IMG/VR virus record: IMGVR_UViG_3300045988_124546
DNA length: 64,000 bases
Origin: a virus
Direction: 5' to 3' (one strand)
Part shown: piece after piece, positions 19,240 to 28,000 of the stretch
Layout of the letters: every line of letters starts with the position of its first letter
Position numbering within the stretch: position 1 is the stretch's first letter
Notes under the pieces: generated by a model
What the model saw: the letters and a program-made list of their open reading frames with translations, nothing else
Told to the model about the DNA's origin: nothing
The model's database searches: none
Program-made: the position numbers and the translations under genes

Positions 19240-19734
19240 TTGATCATGTTTTCAGATTTGAAGAAAGGGTTTCAGGTACATACCCTTGATACTAATACAG
19301 TACCTAAATACGAATTGGGAAAGGTAGTAGCCGTATCCGAACCCAGGTATCTTCCTCCTCAGCCAGGTCAGTATCAGGCGATGCAGACCCGCGTGGTGGA
19401 TCTGACGGTAGAGCTCACTGGAGAAACCAAGACCTATACGGTTCCGGAATCCCAGAATGTGGCCAAGGCTATGGGTATAACATTATCTACCAGCATAGAT
19501 CCGATTATGAACGAACTGAATGCTATAAAAAACACCAGTCAAGACATAATAAACAGCGTAGATGCCCATCGTGCCAAGATAGAGGCTTGTGAATCTATAT
19601 TAGAAGACATCAATCCGGCATTCAAACAAACGAGAGAGCAGGATCGTAAAATAGCTGGTATAGAAAATAAGGTGAATGACCTTACTGATTCATTCGAAGA
19701 TTTAAAGAAGTTAATTGTAGAACGTTTGAAATAA
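19240..19734 (+). CDS. Hypothetical protein (164 aa)
   Basis: ORF in plus-strand accessory block. Confidence 0.55.
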   Translation: MIMFSDLKKGFQVHTLDTNTVPKYELGKVVAVSEPRYLPPQPGQYQAMQTRVVDLTVELTGETKTYTVPESQNVAKAMGITLSTSIDPIMNELNAIKNTSQDIINSVDAHRAKIEACESILEDINPAFKQTREQDRKIAGIENKVNDLTDSFEDLKKLIVERLK

Positions 19735-19741
19735 GTATAAT

Positions 19742-20110
19742 ATGATAGTATATGATTTAAATTCAGGACACAGAGAATATCCTGGATATGACGAGATAGA
19801 AGACAGACGAGGTGGAGGCAGAGGCAGAAGCCGGCGTTCTGATGGGACGTACATGGGGTACGGTGGTGGTATTTACGACCATTACGGTATGCATGAGAAG
19901 ATGAAGGAAATGGAAGAACGCGAAAACGAGCTGGAAGAAAGGGAAAGAAGGCTTGAAGAGCGCGAACGTCGTCATGAAATGGAGGACCGGGAATACCGGA
20001 GGATGGGTTACGAATCCTACCCGATCGATTACTATGGAGACGACAGATACTACGGTGACGGGCCTCAGATGCGTAGAGGTCGCGGACGTGGCAGAGGTCG
20101 TTCTTATTGA
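19742..20110 (+). CDS. RG/RGG-, Tyr- and Glu/Arg-repeat-rich low-complexity protein (122 aa)
   Basis: Contains RGGGRGRSRR, ERENELEERERRLEERERRHEMEDREYRR and RRGRGRGRGRSY. The antisense 183-aa ORF is a mirror of this bias. Confidence 0.5.
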   Translation: MIVYDLNSGHREYPGYDEIEDRRGGGRGRSRRSDGTYMGYGGGIYDHYGMHEKMKEMEERENELEERERRLEERERRHEMEDREYRRMGYESYPIDYYGDDRYYGDGPQMRRGRGRGRGRSY

Positions 20111-20203
20111 GGAGCAGACGCAGAGGATCCAGCTTATCAGAAATATGTAGATACTTACGGCTACCATTTTTCTAATGCTCTTGCTGATGAGGCGGTAAAG
20201 AAG

Positions 20204-20497
20204 ATGGTCAACGTCGATGGATCCAAGAGGATCTGGAAGCAGCCGGAAATAAAAGATATTTTTGAAAAGTGCGGAGCGAAGAAGCCGGATAAAGCGACAT
20301 GGGGCGATGTCCAATATGTCTTTGCAATGTACTATTCGGATGGTTTTCCGAAGGTCTTCAAATGTGAGAACGAGTTGGTGAAAGCTACGTTAATGTATTT
20401 GGATGATCCGGATGCTCCCGAAGGAGTAGCCTTTATAAGATGGCTTGCCGTGCAAGATTACCTCGGCGAAAAAATAAACTGGAAGGATCTGACCTGA
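20204..20497 (+). CDS. Hypothetical protein (97 aa)
   Basis: ORF, co-directional. Confidence 0.5.
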   Translation: MVNVDGSKRIWKQPEIKDIFEKCGAKKPDKATWGDVQYVFAMYYSDGFPKVFKCENELVKATLMYLDDPDAPEGVAFIRWLAVQDYLGEKINWKDLT

Positions 20498-20653
20498 GAT
20501 CTAGATCCAGGTCCTTCCGGTGGTGCGGGAGCCATAGTAAAAAATATGATTCCCGCATTCCCGTTTTTCCCGTTTGGAAAAAAAGAATAAAAATGTTATA
20601 CCGGTCGGCGGGCAATAGAATACCCGTGGCCGGTTTGTTTCACATAACTTTTT

Positions 20654-20836
20654 TTGGATATGAATGTAGCACACGAATATAAATCGAATAAAACCCCCTT
20701 GTATTTAATAGGTGAATTGATTGGCGTACCGAATACGGTTATGGACTCAGCATTGCACGAACTGAAAGATAGAATAGACAAAGACCCTAAATATAAAGAT
20801 GTTAAAAATTGGCTCGAATCTTTACCCAAGATCTGA
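20654..20836 (+). CDS. Small hypothetical protein (60 aa)
   Basis: Short ORF preceded by a GC-rich hairpin near 20611-20650. Confidence 0.35.
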   Translation: MDMNVAHEYKSNKTPLYLIGELIGVPNTVMDSALHELKDRIDKDPKYKDVKNWLESLPKI

Positions 20837-20858
20837 ACCTATTTTTCCCAATACCAGG

Positions 20859-20893
20859 CCCGATGCGATTTTAACGTATCGGGTTTTTATTTT
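20859..20893 (+). terminator. Hairpin cccgat / atcggg (6 bp, 13-nt loop) followed by TTTTTATTTT
   Basis: Inverted repeat 20859-20864 / 20878-20883 followed by T-run. Confidence 0.45.
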
Positions 20894-20938
20894 AATTCAT
20901 ATTGTTTTATTTTAAATCTAATTAATTTATGAATGTCG

Positions 20939-20946
20939 TACATTTG
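20939..20946 (+). promoter_or_regulatory. -7 promoter box TACATTTG, 18 nt upstream of ATG 20964
   Basis: Match to TAnnTTTG. Confidence 0.35.
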
Positions 20947-20963
20947 TTGAAAAACTATTCTAT

Positions 20964-21188
20964 ATGGAAAATAAGGAAGATTACGTTGGTTACGAAGATC
21001 AAGAACTGTGTAACCGGTATTACAAAGAGGCTGAAGCCATGAGGCAAAAGCAGGACTGGCCTCAGCTTAGGGCTGTCCCTGCTCCGGCCAAGGGAACGCC
21101 ATCGCCCGGCTGGGGTCAGCTTGGACGTGGAACGGCACGTGTTAAGTATGTTAGTATCAATTCAGGATTGGGAGGAGATAGGTTATGA
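20964..21188 (+). CDS. Hypothetical protein (74 aa)
   Basis: ORF with upstream -7 box. Confidence 0.5.
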   Translation: MENKEDYVGYEDQELCNRYYKEAEAMRQKQDWPQLRAVPAPAKGTPSPGWGQLGRGTARVKYVSINSGLGGDRL

Positions 21189-21403
21189 CCGTAGAAGAGT
21201 TAGCCAGTAAAAGATACGGTGGTGAATTTGTTTTCATGTTTGGTCATCTTGAAGGTAGAACAAGATTCGTTTTTGAATGCTTTGATCCCAGGCCTGATCA
21301 CGAAGGTAAAAACACTTATATGGTTTCCTATTTTGAAAAGGAACTTCATGGAAGAGATGTGGTAGATGTGCCGTGTTATATGAATGTTTTGCCAAAATCA
21401 TGA
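21185..21403 (+). CDS. Hypothetical protein (72 aa), start overlaps upstream stop (ATGA)
   Basis: Translational coupling. Confidence 0.5.
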   Translation: MTVEELASKRYGGEFVFMFGHLEGRTRFVFECFDPRPDHEGKNTYMVSYFEKELHGRDVVDVPCYMNVLPKS

Positions 21404-21603
21404 AAACACTACTTTTAAATGTACCTGTATTTTCCGGTAAGATTATTTCTCCTATATGGATTAAGGCCGTAAGAGATTTTCAATCCAAATCCAAGTCAGA
21501 AAGAGACCTGTATTGTTCGATCTGTGGATGTGCAGGAGGGTGTAACTTGTGTAATAATATAAGTAAGTATAGGATTTCAGAACAATTAAAATATTACAAA
21601 TAA
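21373..21603 (+). CDS. Hypothetical Cys-containing small protein (76 aa)
   Basis: ORF overlapping neighbours by a few nt. Confidence 0.4.
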   Translation: MLYECFAKIMKTLLLNVPVFSGKIISPIWIKAVRDFQSKSKSERDLYCSICGCAGGCNLCNNISKYRISEQLKYYK

Positions 21604-21881
21604 TGGAATTAAAAGATTTTAAAGATGTAATTAGAATGATGACAAAAGAAGAGTTCGAATCAACAATTGAAGAAGATATTAAATTCGTTGAAGGATTCAA
21701 GTATTTCTTAAGACATGATGATGCTACAAGGATAGTGGAACACATCAAGTCCGTGTTAGAAGCATCAGTGGACTACTATTATCCTAATCATCCTAAACCT
21801 GAAGCAGAACCAGGAGACATGGGAGAAGTTTCTGATGGATACCACACTTTCAATATCCGAAATAACATTAAAACAATATAA
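21603..21881 (+). CDS. Hypothetical protein (92 aa)
   Basis: ORF. Last gene before the IscB element. Confidence 0.5.
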   Translation: MELKDFKDVIRMMTKEEFESTIEEDIKFVEGFKYFLRHDDATRIVEHIKSVLEASVDYYYPNHPKPEAEPGDMGEVSDGYHTFNIRNNIKTI

Positions 21882-21884
21882 TTT

Positions 21885-22140
21885 CATTATAAGGTTTTAA
21901 TGTACCAGAAATGGTCCGGATATTAGCCTAAGCCTTGAAACGAAGGCTACGTTATTTGAGAATATATAGTTACCTACGGATGTTTACCCAAGTCTGTAGC
22001 TCTAAGGCAAGCGATTAAACAGGAGTAGTGTATTTGCGAAACAGTGTTGCTTGCATCAAAACCTCTTATAACATTGGCGATGGGTACTAACAGGATGAAA
22101 TATTCCTGACTTATGTTGAATAAACATTGAAAACGTTTGT
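21885..22140 (+). ncRNA. Candidate omega RNA (guide RNA scaffold) of the downstream IscB nuclease
   Basis: ~245-nt region with no ORF directly 5' of, and overlapping, the iscB start, which is where IscB omega RNAs are encoded. Contains stem-loops, e.g. agcctt-gaaacg-aaggct (21931-21948) and gcaagc...gcttgc (around 22005-22050). Confidence 0.45.
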
Positions 22141-23365
22141 AGATATGGTGTACGTACAGGATATAAATGGTAAACCTATGATGCCTACAACAAGGCATGG
22201 AAAGGTTAGGAGACTGCTTAAAGAAAACAAGGCAGTTGTTGTAAACCTATGTCCGTTTACCATCAAATTAATGTACGTAACATCCGATTACAAACAAGAA
22301 ATTGTGTTAGGCGTTGATGCTGGAGCTAAACATGTTGGTTTATCAGCAACGACGAAAAGCAAAGAGCTTTACAGCAGTGAAGTTATTCTTAGAAATGATA
22401 TCGTAGATCTTTTATCTACAAGAAGAGAGTCAAGAAGGGTGAGGAGGAATAGATTGAGATATAGAAAACCTCGTTTTGACAACAGGGTAAAAAGCAAGCG
22501 TCCAGGATGGGTAGCACCTTCGGTGAAGTACAAAATAGACGCCCATATTCGTGTTATTGACAATGTATGTTCTATATTACCAATATCTCGTATTGTTATT
22601 GAAGTAGCTCAATTTGATACTCAGAAGATTAACAATCCTGAAATATCAGGTAAAGAATATCAGGAAGGAGATCAACTTGGTTTTTGGAACACAAGGGAGT
22701 ATGTTTTAGCAAGGGATGGGCATAAATGTCAGTATTGTAAAGGAAAATCGAAATCCAAAATCCTTAATGTTCATCACATTGAATCCCGAAAAACGGGAGG
22801 TGATTCCCCTTCTAATCTTATTACCTTATGTGAAACTTGTCACAAAGAATACCATAAAGGTAATATAGATTTGAAGATCAAACGGGGATCGTCGCTTCGC
22901 GACGCGGCCGTAATGGGAATTATGAAATGGAGGTTGTATGAAGAGTTAAAATCCAGATACGACAGAGTTTTTATGACGTTTGGTTACATTACGAAACATA
23001 ATCGGATTAAATACGGGATTGAAAAATCCCATACATCCGACGCGTTTGTCATTTCTATGAACATTAATGCGAAACGAATCGAACGTCAATATTTAAAACG
23101 TTTAATTCGTAGACATAATAGACAAATACATAAAATGAAAATTTTAAAAGGAGGAAAGAAGAAAAACAATCAAGCTCCTTTTGAGGTTTTCGGATTTAGA
23201 TTGTTTGATAAAGTGTTGTATAACAATAAAATATTCTTTGTTTATGGAAGGAGAAAATCAGGGAATTTCAATATCAGGGATTTCAACGGAGAAAACCCGA
23301 AGGATGTTTCACGCAAAAAGTTTAAACTCATTAGAGGTAAGAGGCATCCGATTATATTAAAGTAA
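22127..23365 (+). CDS. iscB: IscB-family RNA-guided nuclease (OMEGA system; PLMP domain, RuvC-I, Arg-rich bridge helix, RuvC-II, HNH, RuvC-III, C-terminal TI-like domain); 412 aa, possible alternative start at 22145
   Basis: Motifs read from translation: NGKPMMPTTRHGKVRRLLKENKAVVV...PFTIKL (PLMP); LGVDAGAKHVGLS (RuvC-I, D64); TRRESRRVRRNRLRYRKPRFDNRVKSKRPGW (bridge helix); IVIEVAQFD (RuvC-II, E159); CQYC...NVHHIE...NLITLCETCH (HNH with CxxC...CxxC); SHTSDAFVIS (RuvC-III, H302/D305); GFRLFDKVLYNNKIFFVYGRRKSGNFNIRDFNG (C-terminal domain). Confidence 0.85.
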   Translation: MKTFVDMVYVQDINGKPMMPTTRHGKVRRLLKENKAVVVNLCPFTIKLMYVTSDYKQEIVLGVDAGAKHVGLSATTKSKELYSSEVILRNDIVDLLSTRRESRRVRRNRLRYRKPRFDNRVKSKRPGWVAPSVKYKIDAHIRVIDNVCSILPISRIVIEVAQFDTQKINNPEISGKEYQEGDQLGFWNTREYVLARDGHKCQYCKGKSKSKILNVHHIESRKTGGDSPSNLITLCETCHKEYHKGNIDLKIKRGSSLRDAAVMGIMKWRLYEELKSRYDRVFMTFGYITKHNRIKYGIEKSHTSDAFVISMNINAKRIERQYLKRLIRRHNRQIHKMKILKGGKKKNNQAPFEVFGFRLFDKVLYNNKIFFVYGRRKSGNFNIRDFNGENPKDVSRKKFKLIRGKRHPIILK

Positions 23366-23402
23366 ATGAACGGATTTAATAAATTTAATAGAAAAACGTA
23401 TC

Positions 23403-23708
23403 ATGTATAATAAAGAAATCGTGATATGCGCGGCCATCTGGGTACAGGATGACAAGAAACGTCCCTATCAGCCCACCAATATACCATCCGGCACCGTGTT
23501 CTGTGGATTGAGACACCCCTCTATACTATCTCAACTTGCGGCATACGGTATAGCCCATAAGAACCGTAGTGTTCAAGGATTTTTGTCAAGCAAGAATCGG
23601 TTTCTAACAAGAGAGGAAGCATCTGAACTTGTTAAGAGCAATAATCAGGAAATGGTAGTAGATAGGAGTGCCATTAGAGAACAATTGTATTCAGAAGATC
23701 TATATTAA
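23403..23708 (+). CDS. Hypothetical protein (101 aa)
   Basis: ORF immediately downstream of iscB. Confidence 0.5.
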   Translation: MYNKEIVICAAIWVQDDKKRPYQPTNIPSGTVFCGLRHPSILSQLAAYGIAHKNRSVQGFLSSKNRFLTREEASELVKSNNQEMVVDRSAIREQLYSEDLY

Positions 23709-23725
23709 CTAAAAAACAAAACAAC

Positions 23726-24079
23726 ATGGGGTTTAAAATCAAAAAGTCAATCACTTATGATATGATGGACGACAGTCGGGTAGAGTATGAATTTGATAAT
23801 ACCAATGATTTAAATCATATCATATTTAAAGGTAATTGTAGAGAACCTTTTTCATTTAGCAGAGTACTTGTTAAAGAATTAATTAAGACATTTGAAACCA
23901 TACGGGATAGATACTCTGATAATTATGAACTTAAGGTCTATCTTTACAATTGCATAATTCAACTGAGCGTAAATCCAAAGGACCCCAGTGAATCCTTTTT
24001 TGGCGTATATGATAGAGATGAGATGAAATTGATATATAGTATAAAAAATAGTATCTTGAAAGAAATGTTTGGCATATGA
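23726..24079 (+). CDS. Hypothetical protein (117 aa)
   Basis: ORF. Confidence 0.5.
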   Translation: MGFKIKKSITYDMMDDSRVEYEFDNTNDLNHIIFKGNCREPFSFSRVLVKELIKTFETIRDRYSDNYELKVYLYNCIIQLSVNPKDPSESFFGVYDRDEMKLIYSIKNSILKEMFGI

Positions 24080-24393
24080 TTATTAAACAAGATATACAAG
24101 CAGCAGCATCGTATATTTTCCGAAGCAGTTTTGTCTCGAAGGACCAGGCAAGGAAAGCAATGGTAAAAGCCGGCAATAACGCTACCAAGATCCTCGTCAA
24201 GACCTTTAGAGGCAAGTTGTTCAAGAAAGCTTTTGAAAGAGCTCGTAGAGGAAAGGATATCAGTTCTTTTGAAAGACAGGAAAAAGAAAGTGGTTTCAAT
24301 TTTCTACATAATCCTAATAATGGTCGTATGCAAAGCGGTCATATTATAATAGATGGAATTGGTCTGTTTAAACAAATAATTCATGAAGTTTAA
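24076..24393 (+). CDS. Hypothetical basic protein (105 aa)
   Basis: ORF, 4-nt overlap with upstream gene. Confidence 0.5.
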   Translation: MIIKQDIQAAASYIFRSSFVSKDQARKAMVKAGNNATKILVKTFRGKLFKKAFERARRGKDISSFERQEKESGFNFLHNPNNGRMQSGHIIIDGIGLFKQIIHEV

Positions 24394-24565
24394 TATTAAA
24401 GGTAAAAAAGTTGATATTCGTTTAGGCAGAGGTCTGGCGAATCAGATTAAGATAAACAAAACCATCCCAGTGTCTCATAAACCAAAAGAAGAACGTCGAA
24501 TGATGTTTGTTTGTGGTGATGATATTGCTTCTCTTATAAAGCGGTTTGAAAACGAATCAAAGTAA
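24383..24565 (+). CDS. Small hypothetical protein (60 aa)
   Basis: ORF ending just before a canonical terminator. Confidence 0.4.
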   Translation: MKFNIKGKKVDIRLGRGLANQIKINKTIPVSHKPKEERRMMFVCGDDIASLIKRFENESK

Positions 24566-24935
24566 TATAAAGTCGGACATGTGTCTTGTCCGACTTTTTT
24601 TATATATTTGTGGCATGACAAGAGGTTATTATTGGATATCGCAGACAGATGAAACGTTAAATGGCAGAAGCTATTACGTGGCTAAGATAGTAGGAGATAT
24701 CACGTTTGATACTAAACGAAAAAGAATCGTATTTCAAGCTGATAGGTATTTCCCTGTAGGATCTGTTTTCCATTTTACGCACAATTGCTTCAACTATATC
24801 ATAACTTGCCGACTTCGCAAGCCGGGGCTTTGGTTTGAAGCCAGGAGAGAAGATTCGGGCCCTATTTGCCCTGAAGATATTGAGCGCTTTGAATCGGGAA
24901 GGTTTATACATAGAGATGGTTACATACATACATAA
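24546..24935 (+). CDS. Hypothetical protein; track ORF reads through the terminator hairpin, so the probable true start is ATG 24615 (MTRGYYW..., 106 aa)
   Basis: In-frame ATG at 24615 lies after terminator and -7 box. Confidence 0.5.
   Translation: MKTNQSNIKSDMCLVRLFLYICGMTRGYYWISQTDETLNGRSYYVAKIVGDITFDTKRKRIVFQADRYFPVGSVFHFTHNCFNYIITCRLRKPGLWFEARREDSGPICPEDIERFESGRFIHRDGYIHT
24572..24601 (+). terminator. Canonical rho-independent terminator: gtcggaca-tgtgtct-tgtccgac followed by TTTTTTT
   Basis: 8-bp perfect stem, 7-nt loop, 7-T run. Confidence 0.7.
24603..24610 (+). promoter_or_regulatory. -7 box TATATTTG directly after terminator, upstream of ATG 24615
   Basis: Match to TAnnTTTG. Spacing to ATG is short, so possibly a leaderless or short-leader transcript. 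Confidence 0.25.
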
Positions 24936-24987
24936 GTTGAACTTGACGATTTTCGTCAGATTATAATTATTTTTTCATATTATTTTT

Positions 24988-25027
24988 AAGCCATCAGACT
25001 GAGAAGTTAGGTGGCTTTATTTTTTAT
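24988..25027 (+). terminator. Hairpin aagcca...tggctt (6 bp, long loop) followed by TATTTTTTAT
   Basis: Inverted repeat 24988-24993 / 25012-25017 followed by T-run. Confidence 0.35.
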
Positions 25028-25046
25028 GATATGCTTGATTTTTAAC

Positions 25047-25054
25047 TACCTTTG
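25047..25054 (+). promoter_or_regulatory. -7 promoter box TACCTTTG, 24 nt upstream of ATG 25078
   Basis: Match to TAnnTTTG. Confidence 0.4.
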
Positions 25055-25077
25055 TCTCATAACAAAAATGTTTTACT

Positions 25078-28000
25078 ATGACATCAACGTGTATTATTAA
25101 AAGAGATAATAAAAAGAAAGTTGTTTCTGTCTCTACCAGATCAGGGGACAGGTCTATGTTGTTTGATAAAATAGCATCTATTCCTCTTATGGAGAACAGA
25201 GAACGGGCTACTACTGTTTTTAAAACCGTATTTTCTAATAAGTTCTTAAAGGCTTTTGGCGACTGGAGAAAGAGAGTGCCTATCAACAAACCGGCTTATA
25301 ATAAGGTAAAATCCAACATCGATCTTATTCCGGAAGCCTATAGAGAAAGGGTGCTGGATAAGGCTTCTAAGATGAGTAATCCTGTTCTTGTGTCAAAATC
25401 AGATGCACCTTATGAAATCCAAGAATCAGGCTTTGGATTCTATAGCCAAGATCTGGGTGATAATATTATGTTGGTGGATGCTATGGTCCCGTCAAGTATT
25501 TCCGTACCGGAAGGACCGGGAATAGACGCCGGGCAGTATCTACAAGATACCATATCTTCGGACTTCACTCCCGTATCTATGGTACAGGATAAGGGTGTTA
25601 ATTATATGGTTATAAAAGACGGTCTTAAGATATTTAGCCCAGAGGAGTTACCAGAGACAGATTCTAATCCTGTGGGTGTAACGTATCAGACCGGAGAGCC
25701 TCGTTTGTTTTTCATGAACGATCGTAGTCAATTATTTGAAGATTACGGAGAAGCTCTTCGCTCTGACGGGAATGATATTAGAATAGGATTCTTATCCGGC
25801 ACCGTTCAAGAATCTGCCTGGGATGGCGTGGCAGACATTACTTACAAGGCTGGAAAGTATGTCCTTAACAACCCCAAATCTTTTATACCTGTCATGACCG
25901 CCTCTGCTTCCACTTCTTTATCAACAAAAGGTGGAATAATAAACTACCTTATAAAGAAAGGTCTTTTGTCAGGATCTAAGATATTCGATTCGGAAACAAG
26001 AAGCTATTATCTTACAGGAGAAGGTCATACAGGACAAATTAGACTTTTCAATTCAGCCTTATCCTACACCGAGCTCCGTAATCATTTTGGTTCCGATGTT
26101 TCCATGAACGACCAAGGTATGATAACCATAAGCTCGTTGGATAACAGTAAGGTAACTATGAGACTCGCCACCGGGGGAATGGAAAGGGTTAGCAAAGAGC
26201 AGATAAAGAACGATCTTAAGTCAGGAAGATACAATGAATTGGATGCTAAGTACGATCATTTTGATGCGCTTGTAGTTTCATTCATATTAGAAGACAACGA
26301 TCTTTATGCTGATACTAAAGCTAAGATCGTATCAGATTATAGCAGGCAGGAACGTGATCAACGAAATTCTATTGTCGAGATACTGAAAACTCTTGGCGTT
26401 AGTGTCATAGGTATGACCGACTATATAGAGAAGTACCAAACCAAATACGGGCATGAACCTTCTGCTAAGGCATTGGCGGATATTGCCAATAACGTAATAG
26501 CAGTTGGTGAAGATGCTACTTTATCTGATTTAGTAGAAGAAACAGCCCACTTCCTTGTAGAGGCATACAGAGATCAGAATGTTGTTGAATCTGTTTTGCA
26601 AGATGTAGAAGGCACTGAAGAATGGAATCAGTATGCAGGTCAGTATTATAATACATACGGTAAGGTATATGAAGGAGCTGAGCTTGATAATGCTGTTAGG
26701 AGAGAAATTTTTGGAAAGATCCTCGCCAGGGAGATGCAGACCGGCACAGCACAGGCGCCGGTAGAGCCCACCTCCTTCCTGGGGCGCGTCCGGCAGCTTC
26801 TCTCTGGAATCGTAAGCTGGCTTAAATCAGCTTTATCAACCCAAAGACAAGATTTGAATAACGTTATTAAAAGCATTCGTGATCTTGCCATTACTGACAT
26901 AGATAAAGGATTTGACACCTCTCTGTTAAAGGATAATGACTTTACATTATACTCCCTTTCTTCTATGAACAAGAACAAGTTTCTTGAGTCTAAGATCCGG
27001 GCATTGAGAAAAACCTTAAGAGACTTGCGTCAGATAAGCTCTGATAGGGCTGTAACTACGTCTATGACCCTTGCTCAGCTTAAGACTATAGAAGATAAGA
27101 TAAATAAGGTAGAGACCGAAATAGACAAGAATGAGATGGCGGCTGCCATGAATAGCATGATCTCTACAGCCGAAGCTCAGGTCAGATACTTAAGCAATGT
27201 GGTGAACACCATCCTTCATGGTGATACCAAAGATGGTAAGCTTCACTTCAATACCAATGATCGAAAGAACGTAGATATTATCAACAATCAGGTTCTTCCG
27301 ATCATGAACGATCTTCGAGGATATATCCGTAACAGAAGTACCGAATTTGATGAACGTGAAAAGCAGGATTATACAAATAGGATTAATACCGTCATTGCCG
27401 ACATTAATGGTATTCAGTCTGATATTAAATCAGTACAAGACCTTGATGAAAGCACGTTGCTTGATAAGTTAATGAACGAACTTCATGTGCCGGCAGATAA
27501 GGTAAAGAGAGTAAAAGAATTTTTTGACAAAGTTCAACATGATGTCTCTTGGATAAGTAGGTGGTTCGGTATATTAGAGCATTCTTCCAGTCCGTTCAAT
27601 AACGCTCTTGGAGCTATGATTGCCAAAGACAATTACAATGCGATGGTGAATGCTCAGCCCGCCATATCCGACTTCCTGGCATATGCTAAAAAGCATGGTT
27701 TTAACAAATCTGAATTTGAAAAACTGCTTCAGAAAGTAGATGGCAAAACTTCTAATTACCTTCGCAGTGCTCTTGATATGGCTAAATACGATCGTAATAA
27801 GAAACTGGCACAGATGCGTGCGTTTGCGGCTGCCATGAACATAGAAATATCAGAAGAAGAAATCAATGATGTGGTTGACAATAATCGTAATTACGTATTT
27901 AAAAGAGAAGTAGTTGACAAGGACGGAAATACGGTTACTGAAAACGCTAAATTTAAGCCCTCATCTGACAGGGTTAATACCGATATTTTTACCATCGAGC

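Larger units (their letters stand above)
21885..23400 (+). mobile_element. TnpA-less IS200/IS605-like (IscB-only) insertion: omega RNA region plus iscB; approximate boundaries
   Basis: IscB plus upstream structured non-coding region between two small phage ORFs. No Y1/HUH transposase nearby. Boundaries are inferred, not demonstrated. Confidence 0.4.

Noticed and set aside
19763-20314. 183-aa minus-strand ORF
   Set aside because: Antisense to the RG/ER-repeat gene. Repeat-driven open frame with no independent expression signals.
20540-20600. Direct repeat ttcccgttt x2 and GC-rich hairpin (20611-20650)
   Set aside because: Short and imperfect (wobble-containing) stem. Could be a weak terminator but evidence too thin to list as a feature.
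24546-24614. N-terminal 23 codons of ORF 24546..24935
   Set aside because: They span a canonical rho-independent terminator (24572-24601). The in-frame ATG at 24615 after the terminator and -7 box is the more plausible start.
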